This document shows positions 23,376 through 34,425 of a stretch of DNA of 64,000 nt, piece by piece. The first letter of the stretch is position 1, and the number at the start of each line of letters is the position of its first letter. The DNA comes from Trichodelitschia bisporula. Its lineage: Eukaryota. Position numbers and translations under genes: made by a program. The DNA lies in assembly GCA_010356995.1 (NCBI GenBank), contig ML996691.1, forward strand, positions 812,174-876,173. The letters run 5' to 3'. The notes beneath the pieces are model-generated. The model saw only the letters and a program-made list of their open reading frames with translations. It ran no database searches and was not told where the DNA came from.

Positions 23376-25043
23376 ATGGATGCCTTTGTGACGCGTAAAC
23401 GGCGCCGCTCCACCTCCGCAAACCCTACCTCCCTCCCCGCCAACCCCGCTCAAGACGACGAGTCGACGGACTACAAGCTTGCCGTCCTCGCCTCACTGCA
23501 CCCACGCGCCGAGCCTGTCGTTCTGTTAGAAGCGTTACTTGCATGCGATGGAGCCGTCGATGGGGCTGCGGCTCTGCTATCGCAGGACAGCGGTGCGCCG
23601 CGGCGCAAGCGCACAAGCGGTGGATACCAGGCGTCGCTGACGGCGTTCGACATGGGCGCGAAGCCCGGAGCGGGCGAGCCGGGGGAGCAGAAGCTGCTAA
23701 CGAAGAAGGGTCGCGTGCTGCATCTCTTTGCGCCGGAGGATGTGGCGGCACACACGCCGTGTACAATTGTGCATAACTTTCTGCCCGCGGCGCAAGCAAA
23801 TGCGCTGCTTGAGGAGTTACTGCCTCATACACCGTCGTTTATGAGGGGGGAGTTTGTGCTTTTTGACCGCGTAGTTAAAAGTGCACATAGTATGGGGTAA
23901 GGCAATGGTGGTGCTGTTGGGGTTGAGTGAGGCTGATGGGGTAGATTTTACGTGCATACGCTGGAGGAGATTAAAAAGATGAAGGCGGATTACAACTACA
24001 ATGGAAACCGGGTTTCGGTATGTGTTCTGCGATGCCTCCCTTGATACTGGCTCACAGGAGGCAGGACGTCCGCGAGATCCTACCAGAAATGCGCAAGGTC
24101 TCCGCCATCGTCGAAGCCACCGTCAACACCGAAGTCAAGAAGCGAATAGCCACCGTCTACGGTGGCAAGAAACTTCAGTATCAGTCCCCGCACGAGTGGA
24201 AGCCCAATGCCGCCTTTGTCAACTGCTACGACGGCCCGGGAGAGAAGTACTCGTCCCACCCCGTTCCGCCCACGTTATTCGCTAACCGTTCCAGCGTCGG
24301 ATACCACTCAGACACCCTGACCTATCTTGGCCCGCGTGCCATAATCGGTAGCCTAAGTCTCGGCGTGGAGCGGGAGTTCCGGGTGCGCAAGATCATGGCT
24401 CGAGACGACGGCACTGAGGACGATGAACGAGCGGATGCCCAGGGGCAGATTGCGATTCACCTGCCGCATAACTCGCTGTTGGTAATGCATGCCGAAATGC
24501 AGGAGGAGTGGAAGCACAGCATTGCGCCGGCGCAGACTATTGTACCGCATCCTTTGGCAGGGCAGAAGCGCCTCAACATCACCTACCGGCACTATAGGGA
24601 CTCGCTGAATCCGCGCCTCACGCCGAGGTGTTCGTGTGGGGTGCCAACGGTTTTACGATGTGTTAAGCGGACGGCCGGGAACCGCGGGAGGTATATGTGG
24701 ATGTGTTATGCAGGGTATTCGCCGGGGAAGAAAGGGTGAGCTTGAATGTCTTGGAAGGAGTCCTTCTGACAGCCATAGGTGCACATATTTTGAGTGGGCC
24801 GGGTTTGACGATGACGGAGATCCGATTTGGAAACATGTTGTGAAGCCTCAAGAATCCGATGAGGATCTTAAAGCTGAGGAGCCTTTGGATAATGGGAAAC
24901 CTCTGAAGATCGAGGGGTCTCTGAAGGATGAGAAGCCCCTTGAGGATCAGAAGCCTTTGAAGGATGAGAAACCTCTTGAGGATCAAAAGCCAGAGGTTCC
25001 ATCTCGGTCTCTCGCAGTATCAAGAGGAACGACGGATGATTAA
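23376..25043 (+). CDS. AlkB-family (ALKBH2/3-like) 2OG-Fe(II) dioxygenase with N-terminal CUE-like domain and C-terminal GRF zinc finger
   Basis: PNAAFVNCY, Fe ligands GYHSD and WKHSI, IGSLSLG, 2OG-binding RLNITYR; GRF finger CSCG..C..NRGRYMWMC..GCTYFEWA; four introns. Confidence 0.88.
24867..24992 (+). repeat. Coding 18-nt tandem repeat, 7 x hexapeptide (LKAEEP LDNGKP LKIEGS LKDEKP LEDQKP LKDEKP LEDQKP)
   Basis: Read directly; the last 72 nt are two near-identical 36-nt units. Confidence 0.85.
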
Positions 25044-25521
25044 CCTTAGCTATGAGTGTGAGAACGAACTTGAAACGGCTGTTGGATACTATCAATGAAG
25101 CGGTCATCAATGGTGTCGTCGAATCGAACCTCCAATGCAGGAGACGAACGCACTCCATGTCGAGCCAGTAATTCTGCCCTGTTCGCAATCCATGCGGCCC
25201 TTTTTCCAAAGCTCATGGCCTTCTTCGTCTTTCAGTTGATATGAAGTCATTCACAAGCCGCTAGTACGCGGGATGACTAAGCTACCCCGATCAGCCTCGG
25301 GAACCCCACAATCTAAAAGAAACTGCGTCAGTCGGCCCGCCATCTCGACATTTCACCGAACAGCCGCACCTCTCCCTGTCTTTTTTATTGTCTCAAAGCC
25401 TCGCGGAGAGGACGCATGCCTGCTCGCTTGGCCCCTGGATACGTAAAGGAAGCCATGCGCAGCCAGCCGATAGCGACGTAGCAGAGGCTAGAACCACCCC
25501 GCGCCATTACGTCCGCCCAGC

Positions 25522-26638
25522 ATGCTCGAGTTTCGCACGCAGGGCTTCAACGGCTACAGCATCAAGTATTCGCCCTTCTTCGATTCCCGAATCGCCGTTG
25601 CCTCTTCGGCCAACTTCGGTCTCGTGGGCAATGGCCGCTTGTACATCCTTGGCTTGACGGCCAATGGTATCGTCACAGAGAAGTGGTGGGTAGCCCTTGC
25701 TGCGGCAGCTCTCATGAGTGGGATGGCGCACCAACGATATATCTAGGTTCGATACTCAAGACTCTCTCTTCGACACGGCTTGGTCTGAGTCACACGAGAA
25801 CCAGATCCTGACGGCGTCGGGTGACGGCAGCATCAAGCTCTTCGACATCAGTCTCGACCAGTTCCCCATCCAGTCATGGTCGGAGCATGGGCGTGAAGTC
25901 TTCAGTGTACACTGGAACTTGGTGGGCAAGGACACCTTCCTCTCCAGCTCGTGGGACGGCACGGTGAGGATATGGAACCCGACGCGCCAACAGAGCCTCA
26001 CCACCCTACCTACCCACTCCTGCACCTATTCGGCTCAGTTTTCCCCGCACTCAGCTTCGCTAGTCAGCGCCGTCTCCTCCGACTCGTACCTCCGCCTCTT
26101 TGATCTCCGTACTCCCGCTTCGGCTTCCAACCACCTCGTCCTCGCCATCCCGATTCACTCCCCGCCCCGCGCGTCTCCAGGCGTCCCACCTGCTGCCGGC
26201 GTCCCGCCATCAGAGGCCCTCACCCACGACTGGAACAAGTACCGCGACAGTGTAGTGGCATGCGCGGGTGTAGACCGTGTGATCCGTACCTTCGATATCC
26301 GCCGCGGCGCAAGCGGTGGGCCTGTGGCCGTGCTTCCTGGCCATGACTATGCGGTACGCCGGCTGACGTGGAGTCCGCATCTGTCGGACGTCCTACTCAG
26401 TGCGAGCTACGACATGACCTGTCGGGTGTGGACAGATGGGAGCGCTATCGGAGTGGGCAACAAGCTTCCGGATCCCTTGGCTTTCGGCGGAGGGAGGGAG
26501 CTTGGGCGAATGGGAGTGCATACGGAGTTTGCGACGGGTGTAGATTGGTGTTTGTTTGGCGCTGAAGGGTGGTGTGCGAGCTGCGGATGGGACGAGCGGG
26601 TGTTGATATGGGATGTACGGGCGGTGATGGCGTCTTGA
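25522..26638 (+). CDS. PEX7: Peroxisomal PTS2 receptor (WD40)
   Basis: MLEFRTQGFNGYSIKYSPFFDSRIAVASSANFGLVGNGRL is diagnostic of Pex7; WD40 repeats; one intron ~25686-25746. Confidence 0.97.
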
Positions 26639-27029
26639 AATGGAATGAGCGAACACGATGAGGGAATTGGACATATGACAGATTTGTAGAATATAGACTA
26701 CAGTTATTACTGTACGTAGGGCTTCGTTGACGTGCTCTAACATCATGTTCCGTACATGTCCCAAACTGGAACATGGTGTTTCATCACGTCATGAGCTGCC
26801 GGCCCCCCAATGCTAATGGCTGTTGTCTGATTGGTCATCAGTGGTAGGTTGAAGCGGAAGCCTGGCGGGCTGCGGGCGGGGGAGGTGCCTGGCCTAAGCT
26901 CCCCCGCCTCATATAGCTTCCGCTGCCCGCCATCATCCAACTTGCTAGGAACTTGCCCGCAGTCGCCTCTCCTTGAAGACTTTAGTTTCCATCTCTTATT
27001 CCTCTCCCGCGCTTTAGTGAAGAACGAAA

Positions 27030-27992
27030 ATGGCGTCTGCCACCGGAATCCCAGAGGACGCAGCTGCAATTACCAACGAGGCAACTGGCGAGCAGGAGCC
27101 GCTGCTAGGACGCGCCGGGGATGCATCGCAGCAGGACGGAAAGCCGCTGTACTGTAATCTGATCTTGGGTATGTACTCCCGATGCTCTCTGAGCATCACC
27201 CGAACATTTCTAGTTCTGACGATTCTGCAGGCACGGGTGTAGTTGCGCAGTTCGGGGTCTGGATCGTGAGATACCCCTCCCCACCTGGTTCCCGGTCCCG
27301 GTGCGGGGATAGCGGACTAACACAATGCAGCTCGTGGCCATTGTTTGGGCTGCCGTGTTCTCGCACGATCTGATTTTGTTTTCGGCGCATCCGGTATGTT
27401 CTCTCAAGCTTCACACTAACTCTTTTTGTTAACTGGTTTGACAGCTGCTCAACTCGGTAAGTATTTGTTGGTCTCCTCGTCAGTTTAATGTCTCATGGCA
27501 TCCTAGGCTGGTCTTTTGTTTCTCGCGCAAGGCGCCTTGGTCCTTCAGCCCACGCATACCGCTAAGCAGAAACGCGCGGGCACGCTTTGGCATGCGGCGA
27601 TCATGGACCTGGGCATTGGGTGCTTTATTGGGGGGCTCGCTATCATCGAGTACAACAAGCACAAGTCACATCGCGAGCATTTCGAATCTCCGCACTCCAT
27701 TTTGGGCATAATCACCTACCTCTCGATCTTCATCCAAGGCACCGTCGGCTTCACCCAGTACTTTGTCCCACAGGTGTATGGTGGGGTGGAGAACGCTAAG
27801 AAAGTGTACAAGTTTCACCGCATCGGAGGCTACGTCATCTACACGCTGGGGCTGGCGACTGTGGCGGCGGCGACTCAGACGGACTACAACAAGTACGTAT
27901 TGGGCATTCAACTGTGGGCGGTTATAGTCACGTCAGTGATCATCCTGGCGGGCGTTGTGCCGCGCATCAAGAAGCAGAAGCTTGGGTTGTGA
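27030..27992 (+). CDS. Cytochrome b561 domain protein (CYB561D2-like)
   Basis: Heme-ligand His motifs FSAHP, LWHAAIM, HFESPHSILG, KFHRIGGY in TM helices; four introns including a 12-nt exon at 27445-27456. Confidence 0.85.
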
Positions 27993-29196
27993 GGGCGATG
28001 TACGGATGTATGTAGCACAGGACTGGGAGCGATGGGTATCTTAACATTTTCGCGTTTCTGTTTCCGGAGTCTCTGGCGTCATACTTTCTTTGAGCTGATT
28101 GAGAGGGCTGGGCGTGGCAAAAAATCTCAAAGAGCTGGGAAGTATTTTTTCTTCGTCCACCGTCCGCCGGCGATGCGGGAGTCGGATTCGGATCTGGTGG
28201 TTAATGCTGTGAAACACACCCTGCGTGGGAAGCGTGTTTCTTCGATTTCTTCGAGGTAGCCGAGAATACGTCTAGGGCTGGAAGTGTGTTTTGAATGTAC
28301 ATCCGTAAGGCGTTGGCAGGCTGACTCGAGATGCGGCTAAGGCATGGGAACGTTTCTGTTTACTCATATGGTTTCCGGGAAGTTGGTGATTGAAACAACC
28401 AAGATTCATGGCCCGAGGGGAGGAAGCGGCGTGGTCGATATTGAAGTGTACTACAGTAGCAAAGTTAGGGGCTTTAAGGAATAGCACACATACCACAGAT
28501 ACCACAGTAACTCCGTACATACCGGTACGTACGATGGAGTGCATGCATATGTTATGTCGATTGGTATGGACTCTCTCAACCAACACAATCTGCCGCACGT
28601 ACCAGAACTATACATATCTCCCACCTGTCATCCAATGGGCACGGCGTAAGAGCATCCGGCCCCCTGGTCTCCTAACGAAATCCAATATGCGCCAAGGCAA
28701 CGCTGTCGGGAATTTGGAGCGACACCCGCTAAAAAGTGATGGAGCAGACGACACGGCCACGTCCAATTCGCCCTCCCACTCTACCAACCCCAACATCTTC
28801 TCTGCGTCTCCACGACTCCCGCACAATTTCGACTTTCTCCCTTTCCCATATTCTCGACTGCTCACTCGCTCGCTGTTTCATGTCTCATGTCTCATGACCT
28901 GCAGTTCAGACGCTGTTTCCTGTCCGCTCAAATGGGCTACGACTCCTAGAATTAGTCCGTGTCGCGTCTTCTGATCCCTCTGAACCACGACCGGATGCTC
29001 CTCGCTTTGATCTCCTTCTACTAATAGCTCCTCCGCCAGCTGCTTCCTTGTCGCAAACACAGACTCTCCACTCTCACTCTCCCAAATGCAAATATAGACT
29101 TCCATCTTCCAAGGGACGCGCACAGTCCGGCTCCACTTCCGCACCTCTCGTCGCGACCTTTCGTCCTATCCCTTCATTGGCGGCTCTGCACTCGTC

Positions 29197-31875
29197 ATGA
29201 CATCCATGTCCACCACCACAACCATGATGCAGCAAGTCCCCGACGCAACTCCTCGGAGCCCCGAGCGCTCTCTCAAGCCACCCACATCTCCCTCGTCGCC
29301 CGCCAAGTCGCTAAACAGCTCCATCAATGGCAGCACCCAGTCGCACAAGCCTTCGTGGCTGAGTAACCTTCATATACGAAGACCAAAGTCGTCCGCCGGT
29401 TCAATGCACCGGGAGCAGGAGGGCGCAGTTGGAGGAGAGAAAGGGGTTGTGTCGGCAGCCAGGGCGGTGCACGGGGTTGGAGCTGCGGTCGGGATGGGAA
29501 TGAATGGGATTTTGAATGAGGGTAGAGCGGTTGGTGGGCTAGGTGATGAAAATGGAGAGGCAAAAGCGGGGAACAAATCAGGAAATCTGCCGACCATCGT
29601 GGTGCAAGGGTCTCAGACGCAAAGGGACGAGAAAGAGTTGAGCGGAGGGGTTGGAATGGGTGCAAATCTGTCGGCGCCATCTGGATCGCCGAACGCACAT
29701 GCAGCTGATGACGCCGATGCTGGCCTTGAGCGGATTACAACGAACATCCCGACGGGAGGCTTCGGTGATTTCTCCTCGCCTGATAAGCTCTCATTCTCCA
29801 ATCGCGGAAGCATATACCTTGAAGGAAAGCGTGCGGAATTGTTCGAACAGAGTCCCAACAAGAGCTTCAGCAAAAGCAATTCACCGACTTCTGTGACACC
29901 CACTCCGAGTCCTGCTCTCGCTAACCAACTCCGCTCTGAAGAAAGCCGCAGCAAGCTCATGAATCCTGCTGACCGTCAGTCCCGAACTCTCTCAACGGTT
30001 GAGGCTGAGTCATCGCAACGACTGCGCGCTATGTATGAGTTTGGCCATGAGAAAGGTGCTGAATCAGTCAGTCCCGGTGGTTTAGCCGAAGAGCCTCTCG
30101 TCGAAGAGGATGATGAGGTCGAAGCCCCGTCTCCTGCTGTCCCTGAGGCTCCTGCACCATCCAGCCCAGCGCTCAGTGTCGGCAAAACGTGCGGAGCGGC
30201 AACTGGCTCGCGATCACTAAGCCGTCAAACGAGCTTCACGACGCAGTCGCGCCGCACGTCGTACATCCGCGAGCCTCACGAAACGGCCGGTGGAATCGAG
30301 GACTGGGCCGATGTTGCGGGTGGGGACGTGGACCGATATGGTTTCATTCTCCCCAAGAAAGCCGAAAGCCGCGGGTCGACCAACTCGGGTACCACGTTTG
30401 AGAGCCCACGCATGATGCGTCTTCCCACCGCTCTTGCCGAAGCGTCGGAGTCGCCACGCCAGAAGCGCGCCATGCGTAGAGCTCCGTCAAAAGCGCGCTC
30501 CGTGCCTGCGAGCGGTTCGCCGCAACGACGCACATCGCGGCGCTCCCTCCACCCCCCAGCATCCATCTATTCTATCCGTTCTAACAGCTCGGTCAGTTTG
30601 AGGTCACCAGCGCGGAATTCTGCCATACGGATCTCCAAGGACCGCCGGTTACTCAGTGGTGCGGGCGACATGCTTACTCCGCCGCCGGGAATGGGAAGTG
30701 GTCTGGATTCACGCGAGGATAGCAAGGCGGCGGCGGCGTTGCGAGCTCGGGAAGCGCGGCGAGAAAAGAAGTGGAAGAAGATGGCCAAGGTGGTGGATCC
30801 TTCGAGCGCGAAGTCTGGTTCTAAGCGTAAGGGCGGCGGTATGATCGTGGAGTTTGACGTTCGCGACCCCAAGGTCGTATCGAGAACGTGGAAGGGCGTC
30901 CCCGATTCCTGGCGCAGTGCCGCGTGGTGGAGTTTCCTGGCTGCCAGTGCGAAGTCAAGACCGGAGTGTGGTGGGGACGACGAGCTGCGGGATGCATTTC
31001 AGGCACTGCAGGAAGAGAATTGTGCCGACGATGTCCAGATCGATTGCGACGTGCCTCGGACCATCAACTCACATATCATGTTTCGACGACGCTATCGCGG
31101 TGGGCAGCGACTCTTGTTCCGTGTGCTACACGCCATGGCGCTGTACTTCCCTCGGACTGGATACGTACAAGGCATGGCGTGTTTAGCAGCAACACTACTT
31201 TGTTATTATGCCGAGGAGGAGGCCTTTGTCATGATGGTTCGGCTTTGGCAGCTGCGGGGCTTGGAGCGACTCTACGCAGATGGGTTTGACGGGTTGATGG
31301 ACGCGTTGTCCGAGTTCGAGCGCGACTGGCTGCGTGGCGGCGAGATTGCCCAGAAGCTTGTGAGTGCAGTTTTCCTTTGCTATTTGTGACTACGGGATGT
31401 CTGGCTTGGGATGTGAGGAGTATACAAGCACCCATCTCCGTCCTCGCCGCCGAAGTGCCTTTTATATCCCGCGCAGATGATGATCCGCGACTAACATATC
31501 CTGCAGGATGAACTCTCCGTCTCCTCGACCGCTTATGGTACGCGCTGGTACCTGACGCTGTTCAACTACTCGCTGCCGTTCCCAGCCCAGTTGCGCGTGT
31601 GGGATGTGTTCATGCTGTTGGGAGATGCTAGTCACAGCGTGGCCCCTGACCCGCCATTCGGTGCCGATCTGGATGTGCTCCACGCGACGTCGACAGCGTT
31701 GATCGACGCAACGCGGGACATTTTGGTCGATGCTGATTTCGACAATGCCATGAAAGTGCTAACGTCGTGGATCCCGGTAAAAGACGAGGATCTGCTCATG
31801 CGTGTAGTACACACGGAATGGAAGTTGCGGAAGAAGAGAGGCGTGAGTGCGCCAGTTGCTGCGGGTGGGAAGTGA
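29197..31875 (+). CDS. TBC-domain Rab GTPase-activating protein
   Basis: WKGVPDSWR, Arg finger IDCDVPRT, Gln finger GYVQGM, RWYLTLF, LRVWDVF; long S/P-rich N-terminus; intron ~31360-31507. Start could be one of several nearby ATGs. Confidence 0.9.
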
Positions 31876-34394
31876 GTGAGTGTGTTGTTCGTTGACTTTT
31901 GCGAGTTTTGGCCGCCGTGGCCTTTTTGGTGTGGTATGATCATGCGTTTTTGGCACGCGTTTTCTGTTGGTCTTGCTACTCCTCCGCCTGTTTTGGGGTT
32001 TAGCATGCCGCGGGGCTGAAGCCTCGACAGCGGGACTTGCATCCCGGTTGGTCTCTCGTTATGATGATCCACTTACTCTTCCCTTACCGTGCTTTGTATT
32101 CTCATCTGCTAGGCGCTTCGTTCGTTGGTTCTTAGACGGAGCGTTCACAGCACCACTGTTGTTTCATATTGGCAGCGTACACGCAGGAACGGGGAAGGCG
32201 TTTGCTTTTTGCGCACCGTCTCGGTCATGGCACCCCATTAGGCGGGGTTTTCTTTGTTGCTCTGGTTGCTCTGGTTGCGTGCTTCATGGCTTGGTCCGTC
32301 GATGCTGTCGTGTGGACGCGTAACAACCGGTCTTGAACGGGGAGAACCGTGGACTGTTGTCGGATTAGCCAGGTTGGGCTTGTACATTGTATAGAGATGG
32401 TTGCCTCGGCCACGTTGTCCGTGTGTACGGGCCTGGAGAGGGCGAAAGCGGCATGCGTATGTGTCCCGGATGCGGTACTCACGGCTGGTGCGTGATATAG
32501 TAATAGACTTAATCCTAATAACGCCCTTCCACGCCGCGTCGGCGACAGCGAGCGAGCGTATAATCTGCTCATCGGCGTAGCTCACATGCAAAAGGATTGA
32601 AATAGAGTACAAATCCATACCACTGTTAAGCTGGCCGTCCTGCCGGCAGTCCATTTTAGCAACCGGGCTTCCCAGCCCGGGCACACGCGCAAAGGGGGCA
32701 CAACATCTCGCGGACAAGCGTGGTCGGGGTTAGCACGCGGCGTGGGAGCTTGTTCCGCGGCGTGTGGGTGGATGACCGTTTTGGATGTTGCCGCTGCTGA
32801 GTGTGCTCCTGGCTCGACTGCTTTGGGGCTGCTACTTTTCCCAGTACTGCTGCGGTGGCTGGCGGGGCGACTGGTACGGGCGTGGTGTTGTGGGACGTTC
32901 CGCGAGGCGTGCGGGCCGTGGGGCCATGTGGGCGCCCCGTGGAAGCCCGTGGAAGGGTGGGTTGGGGGAAGGAAGGTGCGATTCGGGGTATGACGTTGGG
33001 TGGAGCTTTCTGGGGCGTGGGAATGGCGCAGAAGGGATTTGCGAAATCGGGGACAAATGACATACTGACTTCAAGATACCAGATCGCGGTGATGGGAATT
33101 TGCATTTGTGCATCGCTCATTGCTCGGTTGGGACGGCGGGTGGTGCGAGTGCGGCGCCGCTGCATCGGGGTTGGACGTCGGAGGTCGGTTGGGGGAGGCC
33201 GTGGGACGGAAGGCTGAGATGGCGAGCCTTGCGGAGGCATCCAAGCGCGCCGCGCGCCGGAGGGGGATTAACATCGAACGGTAGGGCCCGCGATGACCGC
33301 TGCGAACGAGAACTTCGCAATGCCCTCATGCATTGTCCGAAAAACTCGGCCGGGCAAATATCGAGGCGGAAAGAAAGAATTGCAAGCAGCAAAAACCGCA
33401 CGTTGTATGTTGCGGCGGAAGCGCGGCTCCACTATTTGCAGACAAAATGCCCGGGAGTCCATTTTTAGCCGGCCTGCAGTCCTGTTTTACTTTCAAACCC
33501 GCACAAAAGAGACTACGAGGTGCTCTGCTGCAGTCAGGATCCGCGGCCGGAAAACGCGTGTACAAAGGGCAGACGGTTGGCCATTTGCTGATGTTGCTCC
33601 TCGGTCATCCCTGCCGGAACCTTTGGGGCTGCGGCCCTTTTCCTTTTAACAACAGTCTTAGTGATATCACTTATACGTAGTATACATAGGACCGAAACAG
33701 CTCACAAGAGCAAGTGATTGGCGGACAATAGAACCTCGCAAATAGCAACGAGATCAAAGCCGAAACACCTGTGTCCGAAAAGGGACGTGATACTATGATA
33801 CGAACGGGCATGGTCGGGCCCTCGTTATTGCTACCGGGATGGGTTCCGTAGTATGCATATCGCAACCTGTGTACTATGGTAAGACGGTGATGGGTAGCTC
33901 AGCGCCAAAAAGAGCTGCAGCGCGCGGATCCCGGCGTAACAGGGCACAGCTGAATGGAAGCTTCTGCGAGCATTGGGGGGTTAAACCTACATTATCGATA
34001 CTCCGACGGACACGCAACGTCAGACCACGCAGCAAAGCAGTTTGTGCGGATGGATGACTCGATTGTCTCCCCTTCATCTTGTTGATCGGCAGAGTATCCA
34101 GTAGTGTTAGATTCTGATATTGTCGTGCAGTAGTGTGTATTGATTCGTAAGGCATTCAGCTGAGGTAGGTTTCGGGACTCACGAATATTGAGACGAACAA
34201 AGTTAGCTCTTCGCAACGCAAGGTGGAGTGTCCAGTGCAGCCGTATATGAAGTGAACACCACCGACTTTCCCGAAGCACGGTGGCATCAGGCCGGCGAAG
34301 TCAAAGCGCCGACATGTACGGATACTGCCAAGTACATATGCGCCTTTTGCTTGCGGGATGACGAGGAGGCCTGGAGGCGCAGCAATGCTGCAGA

Positions 34395-34421
<27 letters not shown>
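34395..34421. repeat. (CAG)9 microsatellite, intergenic
   Basis: Nine perfect CAG units. Confidence 0.9.

Positions 34422-34425
<4 letters not shown>

Noticed and set aside
31360..31507. Longer TBC intron containing ATGATGA (box C-like), possible intronic snoRNA
   Set aside because: The box lies next to the branch point with no downstream CTGA box D.
32238..33680. Many overlapping 90-190 aa ORFs on both strands
   Set aside because: GC-rich sequence with few stops; no motif or consistent coding frame.
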